Shown here: piece after piece, positions 1-8,990 of the stretch
How the letters are laid out: each line of letters opens with the position of its first letter
Position numbering within the stretch: position 1 is the first letter of the stretch
Origin: Myxococcota bacterium
GTDB lineage: Bacteria > Myxococcota_A > SURF-8 > G963663525
Reading direction: 5' to 3'
Assembly (NCBI GenBank): GCA_963676915.2
Contig: CAXXVK010000032.1
Location: 1-11,485, forward strand
Length of the DNA stretch: 11,485 nt
The notes under the pieces: generated by a model
Seen by the model: only the letters and a program-made list of their open reading frames with translations
Told to the model about the DNA's origin: nothing
Database searches by the model: none
Translations under genes and position numbers: made by a program

Positions 1-1265
1 GTAGTAATCGTCATCGTCTTCTCGATGGCTCCAGTGGTCCGCCGCTCCGTCAAGCGGTAAAGGCGGCTCTTTGACTTCCGGTTGTTCCTGCCACTCTCCG
101 TAACTGTTGGGCTCGTACCCGAGGGTTGCTCCATAGTTGCCGTCAACGCGCATCTGGCCGTCACGATGATAACCGTGAACCGGGCAACGTGCCTGGTTTA
201 CGGGATCAGATTATGGTTTACTCCCAGGCGGTAGCGTTGGGCGTCACCGTAAGAGAAAAGGCGTCCTTGCAACATTTTATCCGGCGACAAACCGATGCCC
301 GGTACGATATTTGCCGGATTGAAAGCAGCCTGTTCCACATCGGCGAAATAGTTTTCGGGGTTTCGGTTCAATTCCAGAACACCGACATCCATAAGCGGGA
401 AGTCACTGTGTGGCCAGACCTTTGTCAAGTCGAAAGGATTGAAAGGCAGAGCTTTGGCCTGTTCGTCCGTCATGACCTGAATTTTCATGTTCCACTTGGG
501 GAAATCCCCTTTTTCGATGCTATCGAACAAGTCCCTCTGGTGGCTCTCACGGCATTTTCCGATAGCGGCTTCGGCTTCGGCGTCTGTCATGTTTTTGATG
601 CCTTGCTGGGTTTTCAGGTGGAAATTTCACCCAGATACGCTCGTTATTGGCATTGATCAGGCTGAACGTATGGCTACCATAACCATTCATATGGCGATAG
701 CTTAACGGAATGCCACGATCGCTCATGGTGATGGTCACCTGATGCAAGGCTTCGGGTAGGTTCGTCCAGAAGTCCCAATTGTTTTTAGCGCTGCGGAGAT
801 TGGTTTTCGGATCGCGTTTGACGGCGTGATTCAGATCCGGGAATTTCAGCGGATCACGCAGGAAAAAGACCGGCGTGTTGTTTCCGACCAGATCCCAGTT
901 GCCTTCCTCCGTGTAGAACTTGATGGCGAAACCGCGAATGTCCCGTTCGGCATCTGCCGCACCGCGTTCACCACGGCTACCGTGGAAAAACGAACGAAAA
1001 GATCCGTCTTTTTCCCCACTTCCGAGAATATTTTGGCTTTGGTGTATTTTGTGATGTCGTGGGTTACGGTGAACGTTCCGAAGGCACCGCTTCCCTTGGC
1101 GTGCATACGTCGCTCTGGAATTACTTCCCGGTCGAAATGTGCCAGTTTTTCCAGATACCAGACATCCTGCAGCAGCATTGGACCTCTCGGTCCTGCGGTC
1201 AGTACGTTTTGGTTGTCGGCAACCGGAGCACCGACGTTGTTGGTAAGCATTTTCTTGTCAGTCAT
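1..1265 (-). CDS. katA: Monofunctional heme catalase (small-subunit, clade 3-like), 3' end outside window, about 3 frameshifts
   Basis: Stitched ORFs 846-1265, 547-747 (its frame extends upstream), 198-590 and the remainder give [15 protein letters not shown]...[15 protein letters not shown] (distal His), [34 protein letters not shown] (Asn), [29 protein letters not shown] (proximal Tyr) and YEPNS. SD AGAAAGG lies upstream of the ATG at 1265. Frame changes near 975, 625 and 200. Confidence 0.96.
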
Positions 1266-1580
1266 GTTTGACTACCTTTCTTGCCTATAAGGCGGGTTGG
1301 GGTTCTTGGGGGCCGACGGGTCGGTCGGGTCCATTGAACACGTTGTACAAATCCCACGGACCTCAGCCTGTGCAATCACGATGGGTCGAGAATTTCTCGG
1401 CCACGGGGATTTGCAGACACAAAAAATAAAAGTGTAAAATCATTATGTTATTTCCATGTTCACCAAGCACGGTTCGTTTGGCGAAAACACTTCGTTTGAT
1501 TTGGATTAGGTCGAATCAATCAGTCATTTTGTGTAAATTTGCTGTCACCTTTTCAAAATGATGGCAAGTCGTTAATAAAA

Positions 1581-1636
1581 TTGCAAATAAGAAAAGTTAC
1601 TAACTAATAAATACAAGTATTAAATAATGAAGTCAA
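1581..1636 (-). promoter_or_regulatory. Candidate catalase sigma70 promoter with overlapping Fur/PerR-family-like operator
   Basis: Very AT-rich block. On the minus strand TTGACT (1636-1631) is followed by 17 bp and a weak -10, TATTTA. On the plus strand TTGCAAATAAGAAAAGTTACTAA (1581-1603) resembles a Fur-family 7-1-7 box. Matched by eye only. Confidence 0.35.
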
Positions 1637-1689
1637 AATAAAAATGTAAACATTACAAAAAATTAACAAAAGAAAGGTTGCTGGATTTC

Positions 1690-2122
1690 TTAGTTTAAAG
1701 CTTCCATGTTTTTGATCATGCGTTTCAACATGTCTCGAAGTTGTTCTTTTTCTTCACGAGCAAAGCCTTTCAACAGGCTTTGAGGTAAACGAGGAAACGA
1801 GGGGAAGAAGTTCTTCCCTTTTATCTTTTCCCTGCTGCGTGAGATGAAGATGAAAAACCCTTCTGTCCATCGAGTCCTGTTCACGGGTCAGCCATCCGGC
1901 CACTTCCATGGTGTGTAGCGTTCGACTTAGCGCAGTGGGGTCCGCATAGGCACGTTTTGCAAGTTCGATCAGAGGAAGGCCGTCCTCTTTACCTAACGTA
2001 TTCAGCACAACGAATTGTTGAGGCGTAAGATGAGAGTCTGCCAGAAGTCCTCGAAACAACAGACCTTTCTTTCTATAGACAACAGAAAGCAGGAATCCTA
2101 TGGGTTCCGAATACTCCGGCAT
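1690..2122 (-). CDS. MarR-family transcriptional regulator (about 143 aa after correcting one extra base near 1783)
   Basis: LTPQQFVVLNTL...LIELAKRAYADPTALSRTLHTMEVAGWLTREQDSMDRRVFHLHLTQQGK is a wHTH with the DRR wing motif. The C-terminal helix QSLLKGFAREEKEQLRDMLKRMIKNM lies in the adjacent frame (ORF 1690-1884). SD AAGGA upstream of the ATG at 2122. Confidence 0.93.
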
Positions 2123-2143
2123 GAACTTTTCCTTGTTGGGATA

Positions 2144-2208
2144 ATCGTTGCTGTGTCAACTATTGACATATCATAGGACATCGGCGATTGTCAACTGAGT
2201 ATTAGTTG
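2144..2208. promoter_or_regulatory. Divergent marR/RND control region: MarR-type palindrome and facing TTGACA hexamers
   Basis: ATcGTTG-n6-CAACtAT at 2144-2163, and TGTCAA-cta-TTGACA at 2154-2168. TTGACA(+) at 2163-2168 faces TTGACA(-) at 2194-2189. CAACT-n7-AGTTG at 2192-2208. Confidence 0.6.
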
Positions 2209-2274
2209 GTGATTGTTTCATATTTAAGGGGTGAGGACGTTTCGAATGATGATCCCGAAGGAATTGTTTGTGCC

Positions 2275-3522
2275 ATGACGGAAATGAAGCAAAATTCGTC
2301 CAGCGAACCATCGATACCCAACAAAGGGGCGAGACTGGCGGCGAGTTTGTTGATTCTCGTAATTGCCTCTGCACTCTTGTGGTTGATTTTCTCCACACAG
2401 CCCAAAGCCGTGCGTGTTGGAGCGACCAAGAAAACCGCTATGCTGGTCGAAGTAACCAAGGTTGACAAAGGAGATTTTCGGCCTGTTGTCGAGGTAATGG
2501 GTACGGTCAAACCCTCTAAGGATATTGTTCTTCGGCCTCGTGTTTCGGGTGAAATCCTCAGTATCTCAAAATCTTTCGTTCCCGGCGGATTTGTTAAAAA
2601 AGGCGATATCCTGCTGCAAATCGATTCATCCGATTACCAAACGGTATTGGAACGCGCCAAAGCTGCGCTTCGTCAAGCCCAGGCGGAACTTGACATCGAG
2701 ATGGGACAACAGGAAGCCGCGAGGAAAAGCTATCAACTCATGAACGAGACGTTGCCGGAGGACAAAGAGGCTCTCGTGCTTCGAAAGCCTCAACTCGAAA
2801 CCTTGAAAGCCAAGGTCGAGTCTGCTCGTGCGACGGTGGAACAGGCACAAAGGGATTTATGGCGAACCACGGTTCGGGCGCCTTTCGATGCTCATATTCT
2901 CAGCCGGGAAGTCAACGTCGGGTCGCAGGTTTCTTCCACGAATACGTTGGGGCGTCTTGTCGGGTGGCGAACGTATTGGGTGGAAACCAGTGTGCCTCTT
3001 GCCACATTGCAATGGCTTGATATTCCGAACGAAACCGGTGAAGAGGGGGCCGAAGTCCTGCTTCACAATCGTTCGGCCTGGCCGGAAAACGTATATCGCA
3101 AAGGAAAACTGTTCAAGTTGATTGGTTCCCTCGACGAGCAAAGCCGCCTTGCTCGTGTACTGGTTGAGGTGGAAGACCCGTTGGCCCACCACAAAGAAAA
3201 CAAGGACCAACCGGCCTTGATGATTGGATCGTTCGTGGATGCCCGAATTCAGGCGAAGGAAATCAAGGACGTTGTTCGTATCGATCTGAACTTTTTACGC
3301 AAGAACGATACGGTTTGGGTCATGAAAGACAATACCTTGGATATTCGGGATGTGGACGTCATGTTCAGAGATAGAGTCTATGCCTACATAGGGAAGGGAC
3401 TCGACGTGAACGACTCGATCGTAACGACCAATTTGGCGACGGTGGCGCAAGGCGCGCTATTACGGTTGAAAGAAAATGCCGTCGAAAAAGAAACCGATGC
3501 GACGAATTCCATTTCAAAGTAG
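2275..3522 (+). CDS. RND efflux periplasmic adaptor (membrane fusion protein)
   Basis: N-terminal TM (LAASLLILVIASALLWLIFS), lipoyl half-motifs RPRVSGEI...GGFVKKGDILLQID and RTTVRAPFDAHILSREVNVGSQV, with a coiled-coil hairpin between them. The start is likely ATG 2275 or 2284 rather than the ORF-track start at 2206. Directly upstream of an RND permease. Confidence 0.93.
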   Translation: MTEMKQNSSSEPSIPNKGARLAASLLILVIASALLWLIFSTQPKAVRVGATKKTAMLVEVTKVDKGDFRPVVEVMGTVKPSKDIVLRPRVSGEILSISKSFVPGGFVKKGDILLQIDSSDYQTVLERAKAALRQAQAELDIEMGQQEAARKSYQLMNETLPEDKEALVLRKPQLETLKAKVESARATVEQAQRDLWRTTVRAPFDAHILSREVNVGSQVSSTNTLGRLVGWRTYWVETSVPLATLQWLDIPNETGEEGAEVLLHNRSAWPENVYRKGKLFKLIGSLDEQSRLARVLVEVEDPLAHHKENKDQPALMIGSFVDARIQAKEIKDVVRIDLNFLRKNDTVWVMKDNTLDIRDVDVMFRDRVYAYIGKGLDVNDSIVTTNLATVAQGALLRLKENAVEKETDATNSISK

Positions 3523-3555
3523 CCCGATGCGGTCCAGGCGGAAAAGATTGTTTCG

Positions 3556-6500
3556 ATGAGCGAATCCCCAGATATTACAAAGACCTCCAAACCACGTGGT
3601 CCTATCGAGTGGATGGTGAGAAATCCCATTGCAGCCAACTTGCTGATGGTGATTTTCATCGGTGGTGGTCTTTGGTCCTCTTATACCATTCAAAAAGAGG
3701 TTTTTCCGCGTTTCGAGTTGGATATCGTGCAAGCAACCGTAGCCTATCCAGGTGCTTCACCGGAAGAAGTCGAGCAGGGAATCCTTCAGCCTATCGAGGA
3801 AGCCGTCAAAGGATTGCAGGGTATCGAGGATATCGTCTCTACGGCGAAAGAAGGCCGGGGAGAAGTGATGCTCGAACTGGTGACCGGAACCGACCGCATG
3901 AAGGCGTTTCAGGATATCGATCAGGCCATCAACCGTATCCGAACGTTTCCTGACGATGCCGAAAAACCGGAAGTGATGCTGCAAACCCGCCAGCGGGAAG
4001 TGCTGGAGGTCGTTTTATACGGCAAAGTCGATGTTTGGAATCTGCGTAAGTTATCGGAACGTTTGAGGGATCGGCTGTTGAACGATCCACGGATCACCCA
4101 GGTGGAATTCCACCACGTACCGGATTACGTGACACACGTGGAAATTCCACAGCATCGCTTGAGAAAATACGGTTTGACGTTGGGGCAGGTGGCGAACCTT
4201 ATCGAGCAATCGAGCCGTGATATTCCTGCCGGAGCGGTGGAAACCGCCAGCGGAGAAATCGTTTTGCGCATGAAAGAGCGCAAACAATGGGCCGAGGAAT
4301 TCGGTGCCATCGTGATCGTTCCGTCTACGACGGGAAGCCCTGTGACGTTGGCCGAACTTGCCGATATCAAAGACGGTTTCGACGAAACGGGATTCCATGC
4401 CCATTTCAACCGGCAGCCTTCCGTAGAGTTGAAGGTGTACCGGGTGGGGAAGCAATCTCCTCTCCAGATCGCTGAAGCGGTGCAAAAAGTGCTTGCGGAG
4501 TTCGAAAGCACCTTGCCTCCTGACATGCATATTCGTATCGAAAACAACCGCGCCGAACACTATGCCGACCGGTTGGAATTACTCGAAAAAAACGGCCTAT
4601 ATGCCATCGTGATCGTGCTGGTGATACTGGCGTTGTTCCTGGAATACCGATTGGCCTTCTGGGTCATGATGGGAATGATCGTTTCCTTCCTGGGAGGCTT
4701 GATGATCCTGCCGTTGTTCGGGATCAGTATCAACATGATTTCGATGTTCGCCTTCCTTGTTGCGCTGGGCATCGTGGTGGACGATGCCATTATTGTCGGC
4801 GAAAATATTTATGAATACCGACAGCAGGGAATGAATTACCTGGCGGCGGCGATTCAAGGGGCCAAAGATATCGCTTCACCCGTAACGTTCAGTGTTTTGA
4901 CCAACATTGTTGCGTTTATTCCGTTGATGTTCATGCCGGGAATGTTCGGCCAGTTCTGGTGGCCCGTTCCGGCGGTGGTCATCGCGGTGATGTCGATTTC
5001 ACTTTTCGAAGCGATTTTTATTCTCCCAGCCCATCTTGCCCATAGCTCGTCTAAAGAAGGCACTGTCGTTGGACGTCTGTTGCATCGTGGTCAACGGAAA
5101 TTTGCCCGTCATTTCGATCGTTTCGTGGATTGTCGCTATCGGTGGTTTCTCGATCTGGCGTTGCGGTACCGCTATATCACGCTCAGTGCTGCGGTAGCAC
5201 TTTTGGTGGTTGTAGGCGGGTACGGAGCAAGCGACCACATGGGATTGATCATGATGCCTGAGGTCGCCGCCGACGAAATCGAAGCCGGAGTGCGGTTGCC
5301 GGTTGGCACCACGATAGATCAGGCGGCGAAAATCGCTCACGAAATCACGGAATCCACGCACAGGATGTTCGAAAAGCATAATCTGCATGTTGCTGCGGAA
5401 GGGATCAAAACCAACGTTCGGCACCAGACATTCATCGATGTGGAAATCGTAATGAGACCTCCGGACGAGCACGACTGGACAGCAACGGATGTTATCGATC
5501 TCTGGCGAGCTGAAATCGGCGATATCGATGGTGTGGACCAGATCACCTTCGAGGCGGAGGGCGGTCCGGGGGGTGCTCGTGACGCCATCATGGTGGATAT
5601 AAGTCATACGGATATTGACGTACTCGAAAAAGCCAGCCGGGTTTTCGTCGAAGAAGCCAAGAAGTTTGAATCGACACGAGATGTCAACGACAATTACGAT
5701 AAAGGGAAAATGCAGTTTGATTTCAAGCTGTTACCCGAAGCCCGAAAGCTGGGGCTGACCTCCGAGGATGTCGGCGCACAGCTTCGTCACGCTTTTTACG
5801 GAGCCGTTGCCAAGCGTCAATTACGGGGAACCAACGAAATCGAAGTGCGTGTCAAATTGCCTCGTGAAGAACGCAAAAATCTGTATTCACTGGAAGATTT
5901 CGTGATTTTCACACCTAACGGCACGGAAGTTCCTTTGATGGATGTGGCTCAGGTGGAAGAGGGAGTCGCTTTCAACTCCATTGCTCGGCGCAACGGTCGC
6001 CGGGTCGTGACCGTGGGGATGGATGTCGAACCGAAACGCGCCATGTCCCGCGTACGAGATGCCATCGTTTCGGATATTTTGCCTCGACTAAGAGCGGATT
6101 TCCCCGGTCTGACCTGGACGTTTCAGGGGATTCACGCTCAGATCGGAGAGTCCACCCATGCTCTTTGGGGAGGTTTTGCGCTGGCAATGTTCGTGGTGTA
6201 TGCCTTGCTGGCCATAGCTTTCGGAAGCTATCTCCAACCGTTGATCGTGATGACGGCCATTCCTTTCGGTATCGTCGGGGCGGTTATCGGTCATATGCTC
6301 CTCGGGTTCGATTTGTCGTTGATCAGCCTGATGGGGGTGATTGCGTTGTCAGGTGTGGTTGTGAACGATTCTCTTATTATGATTCACCATGCCAACACCA
6401 AACGCGGACGCCTTTCGGCTTTCGATGCCATTCACGAAGCGGGACTGCGGCGCTTCCGACCGATCATTCTGACTACCATGACGACCTTCGGCGGCTTGAC

Positions 6501-6696
6501 ACCGATCATCATGGAAACCTCACGACAAGCTACCTACCTGATTCCCATGGCGATTTCGCTAGGGTTCGGGATTATTTTCGCCACGTCGATCATTCTCGTG
6601 ATCGTTCCCTGCCTTTACATGGTGTTAGATGACATTGAGCAACTGTTAAGTGGACGGGAATCGTCGAAAACGTCACTTGCAACGCCAGTCGAGTGA
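3556..6696 (+). CDS. RND efflux permease (AcrB/AcrD/AcrF, MdtB-like), 1046 aa, intact
   Basis: [22 protein letters not shown]4 [14 protein letters not shown] (DD proton relay), TM10 [13 protein letters not shown]11 [13 protein letters not shown] and PMAISLGFG. Two large periplasmic domains. Confidence 0.97.
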   Translation: MSESPDITKTSKPRGPIEWMVRNPIAANLLMVIFIGGGLWSSYTIQKEVFPRFELDIVQATVAYPGASPEEVEQGILQPIEEAVKGLQGIEDIVSTAKEGRGEVMLELVTGTDRMKAFQDIDQAINRIRTFPDDAEKPEVMLQTRQREVLEVVLYGKVDVWNLRKLSERLRDRLLNDPRITQVEFHHVPDYVTHVEIPQHRLRKYGLTLGQVANLIEQSSRDIPAGAVETASGEIVLRMKERKQWAEEFGAIVIVPSTTGSPVTLAELADIKDGFDETGFHAHFNRQPSVELKVYRVGKQSPLQIAEAVQKVLAEFESTLPPDMHIRIENNRAEHYADRLELLEKNGLYAIVIVLVILALFLEYRLAFWVMMGMIVSFLGGLMILPLFGISINMISMFAFLVALGIVVDDAIIVGENIYEYRQQGMNYLAAAIQGAKDIASPVTFSVLTNIVAFIPLMFMPGMFGQFWWPVPAVVIAVMSISLFEAIFILPAHLAHSSSKEGTVVGRLLHRGQRKFARHFDRFVDCRYRWFLDLALRYRYITLSAAVALLVVVGGYGASDHMGLIMMPEVAADEIEAGVRLPVGTTIDQAAKIAHEITESTHRMFEKHNLHVAAEGIKTNVRHQTFIDVEIVMRPPDEHDWTATDVIDLWRAEIGDIDGVDQITFEAEGGPGGARDAIMVDISHTDIDVLEKASRVFVEEAKKFESTRDVNDNYDKGKMQFDFKLLPEARKLGLTSEDVGAQLRHAFYGAVAKRQLRGTNEIEVRVKLPREERKNLYSLEDFVIFTPNGTEVPLMDVAQVEEGVAFNSIARRNGRRVVTVGMDVEPKRAMSRVRDAIVSDILPRLRADFPGLTWTFQGIHAQIGESTHALWGGFALAMFVVYALLAIAFGSYLQPLIVMTAIPFGIVGAVIGHMLLGFDLSLISLMGVIALSGVVVNDSLIMIHHANTKRGRLSAFDAIHEAGLRRFRPIILTTMTTFGGLTPIIMETSRQATYLIPMAISLGFGIIFATSIILVIVPCLYMVLDDIEQLLSGRESSKTSLATPVE

Positions 6697-6826
6697 GTGT
6701 TCAAACTTTCTGAAAGAGAAACAAAAAGTCCGAAAAAATTAAAACAAGACATTGCGGGTCTTGTAGTCTGGTAAACCCTTTAGAAACAATGGGTTACTGT
6801 GTCTTCGATGCAGATAGTCAAGTTTT

Positions 6827-6870
6827 TTCCGAAAATTGGAATAGGAAACTAAATGTCCGAAAACGTGCAC
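6827..6870. promoter_or_regulatory. Candidate upstream activator sequences for a sigma54 enhancer-binding protein
   Basis: TTCCGAAAATTGGAA (6827-6841, imperfect palindrome) and GTCCGAAAACGTGCAC (6855-6870) start 28 bp apart, about -125 to -82 from the predicted TSS. A third GTCCGAAAA sits at 6728-6736. Confidence 0.4.
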
Positions 6871-6905
6871 GTATAAAGTGTTCTAAAATATAAAATAGCT
6901 AATAA

Positions 6906-6918
6906 TATCAACAGGTTG
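6906..6918 (+). promoter_or_regulatory. IHF binding site
   Basis: TATCAACAGGTTG is a perfect WATCAANNNNTTR, preceded by an A/T tract (TAAAATATAAAATAG) and 7 bp upstream of a sigma54 motif. A second site with one mismatch, AAACAATGGGTTA, is at 6784-6796. Confidence 0.75.
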
Positions 6919-6925
6919 AGTTTTT

Positions 6926-6941
6926 TGGCATTGATAATGCT
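6926..6941 (+). promoter_or_regulatory. Sigma54 (RpoN) -24/-12 promoter
   Basis: TGGCATTGATAATGCT has GG and GC at exactly the TGGCACG-N4-TTGC spacing. It has a T-run upstream, an adjacent IHF site, and an ORF starting about 50 nt after the predicted TSS (about 6952). Confidence 0.75.
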
Positions 6942-7003
6942 AAGTCGCTCGGACGATGATCGTATCCGCTTTGATACCCAAATCAATCAATGAGTAGAGG
7001 ACA

Positions 7004-7255
7004 ATGAGCGCTCCACACGAGATTACATTGATCGGGATTGTTACCGCCAACGCTTGGAATGGTGACAACGATATCACTGGCGTTGCCATTGCGGTAGACG
7101 GTGAGCGGGAGTACGTCATCGAGAAAAACGAGTATCACGACGACCTGATCCGGTTGGTGCGCCAAGAGGTGGAATTGACCGGCAAAGTGACGAAAAGCGA
7201 CAAGGGAAAGCTCAAAGTGTCTGTTACGAGCTTTCGGGTTTTATCACCAGAATGA
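7004..7255 (+). CDS. Small hypothetical protein (83 aa), beta-rich, possibly OB-fold-like
   Basis: SD AGAGG just upstream of the ATG. Alternating hydrophobic beta patterns (ITLIGIV, VAIAVD, YVIE, QEVELTGKV, LKVSVTSFRVL). First gene after the sigma54 motif. The fold is inferred only. Confidence 0.75.
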   Translation: MSAPHEITLIGIVTANAWNGDNDITGVAIAVDGEREYVIEKNEYHDDLIRLVRQEVELTGKVTKSDKGKLKVSVTSFRVLSPE

Positions 7256-7281
7256 TCTTAAAGGATCGAAAGGAGAGGATG

Positions 7282-7707
7282 ATGGCGACCAAAACGGCCA
7301 AAACCAAGAAGACCGCAGAGAAAAAGGCTACGACAAAAAAGGCAGCATGCAAAACGAAAGCCGCTCCGAAAAAAGCTACGGCCAAAAAAGCTGCTATTGC
7401 GGCAAAGCCGATGACGAAAGCGCAAGTGGTTTCCTACTTTGCCGAAAAATTCGAACTGACCAAAGACAAAACTTCGAATATTTTGGATGAGTTGGTCGCT
7501 CTTTCCGCTACGGAAGCCAAGCGTGCCGGTGCTTTCACGATTCCTGGCCTTGGTAAGGTGACGCTGCAGGATCGAAAAGCCCGCATGGGACGCAATCCGG
7601 CAACGGGCGAAGCCATGAAGATTCCGGCGAAAACCGTCGTGAAAATGCGCTTGTCCAAATCTTTTGCGGAAGCCGTCGTGCCTCCGAAGAAGAAAGCCAA
7701 GAAATAG
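7282..7707 (+). CDS. hup: HU-family DNA-binding protein with Lys/Ala-rich (H1-like) N-terminal extension
   Basis: Core MTKAQVV...FTIPGLGKV...RKARMGRNPATGEAMKIPAKTVVKMRLSK contains the GRNP-TG arm. The 43-aa tail has 15 Lys, and the C-end is PPKKKAKK. SD AGGAG supports a start at 7279 or 7282 rather than 7252. Confidence 0.95.
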   Translation: MATKTAKTKKTAEKKATTKKAACKTKAAPKKATAKKAAIAAKPMTKAQVVSYFAEKFELTKDKTSNILDELVALSATEAKRAGAFTIPGLGKVTLQDRKARMGRNPATGEAMKIPAKTVVKMRLSKSFAEAVVPPKKKAKK

Positions 7708-7718
7708 CTTTGTTCGTC

Positions 7719-7773
7719 ATCGCCTGAAGATTTCTGGTTTTGTTGTTGTTTATCCTCAGGCGATCTCTCTTTT
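7719..7773 (+). terminator. Hairpin after hup: possible weak intrinsic terminator or stabiliser
   Basis: ATCGCCTGA (7719-7727) pairs perfectly with TCAGGCGAT (7756-7764), with 3 more bp inside and a loop of about 20 nt. Followed by CTCTCTTTT. Confidence 0.4.
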
Positions 7774-7789
7774 ACGGGAAAACACTTTT

Positions 7790-8990
7790 ATGTCGATGAT
7801 TTTGTCCATGGCGATTTTAAGCGGTCGGTCTGGTTGCAATCGGAATGATGGAATTCTGGTTGCGATCGTCGGCACTTGAATAAAATCCCGATACGGATTC
7901 ACGTTGCGGGAACGCGGGGGAAATCCAGCGTTACGCGATTGATCGCCGCAGGACTCAACGAAGCCGGGATTGTCACCGTTGCCAAAACGACCGGTACGCT
8001 TTCGCGTATGATTTTACCGGAAGGACTGGAAGTTCCCGTGTATCGTCCTGCCGGTCCGAACATCATCGAACAAAAAAGGATTGTCAAAGCTGCCAACAGT
8101 ATCGGCGCTAAAGCGATTGTCATGGAATGCATGGCGTTGCAGCCCATTCTCCATTGGATTTTGCAGGATAAAATCGTTCGAGCCACCCACGCGGTGATTA
8201 CCAACGCCCGAGCCGATCACCTCGACATCATGGGTCCGACCGAGGTGGATGTCGCTTTGACGCTGGCTGGCATGGTTCCCGCCGATGGCGCGCTATTTAC
8301 GTCCGAGCAGCGCCACCACAATATTTTCGAAGAGGCTGCCAAGGATCGTAACGCGAGATTCGTTAGAACGTTGATGGAGGATATCGAGAACGTAACCCAA
8401 GAGGATCTCGATGGTTTCGTGCATTCCGAGCACCGCGAAAACGTAGCTTTAGCACTAAAAATCTTGGAAGAGTTCGGAATCGATCGAGGACACCGCCATG
8501 CGCGGAATGTGGAAAGTAAAACCGGACCCGGGAGCGCTGACCGAGTACCTGTTGGATTTTTTTGGACGAAAAATACAGTTCGTGAACGGTTTTGCAGCCA
8601 ATGACCGGAATCGACCGAAACGATCTGGCGTTATTCTCTTGATAAATACCATCGAATGGAGCAAAAGATCGGGGTCTTCAATCTTCGGGCGGATCGTCCG
8701 TCAGAGAACGCTCCAATTGGCGCAGGAAGCGACGTTCTGGCACGAAGCGGATAAAATCATTTTGATGGGTACGGGAGCCTATCTATTTGCAAAAATCGCT
8801 GTTAAATCGGGGAGTGGATCCCTATCAAATGATCATTGCGGATTCCACTCGTACCGAGGATCTGTTCGAAACCATTGTCAGTCATTGCGGTGCTACGTCT
8901 CTGATTGTCGGAATGGGAAACATCGGTGGTTTAGGACTTAGTCTCGTTCGGTTTTTCAAAAATCGCTCCTGTCTGGAGGTTTCCCCATGA
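7790..8990 (+). CDS. pgsB: Poly-gamma-glutamate synthase PgsB/CapB (Mur/FolC-like ligase), about 6 frameshifts
   Basis: Stitched: MSMILSMAILS/LVAIGMMEFW/RRHLNKIPIRIHVAGTRGKSSVTRLIAAGL...AKTTGT...NIIEQ...ECMALQP...ITNARADHLDIMGPT...PDPGAL...NGFAAND(P)EST...NLRADR...GMGNIGG. The stop overlaps the pgsC start (ATGA). Shifts near 7826, 7863, 8488, 8605, 8700 and 8795. Confidence 0.93.

Noticed and set aside
126-1290. Plus-strand ORFs 126-656, 487-705, 826-1290 and 1059-1271
   Set aside because: Antisense shadows of the catalase gene with no recognisable motifs.
1363-1443. 26-codon minus-strand ORF (MILHFYFLCLQIP...) upstream of catalase as a leader peptide
   Set aside because: No convincing SD and no informative composition; expected by chance.
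1690-2122. MarR as an OhrR-like peroxide sensor regulating the neighbouring catalase
   Set aside because: The frame-corrected protein has no Cys, and its palindrome lies at the RND promoter, not upstream of catalase.
2171-6632. Numerous alternative-frame and antisense ORFs within the adaptor and RND genes (e.g. 4051-4560, 4999-5607, 6165-6632)
   Set aside because: Fully overlap well-supported genes; typical codon-bias shadows.
7282-7410. A-rich repetitive DNA as a tandem repeat or CRISPR-like array
   Set aside because: Explained by Lys/Ala codons in the HU tail. No fixed-length repeat-spacer structure anywhere in the window.
7876-8604. Annotation as a MurC-F or FolC ligase, or cyanophycin synthetase
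   Set aside because: GTRGKS, ECMALQP, NGFAAND and GNIGG motifs plus coupling to pgsC identify PgsB/CapB.
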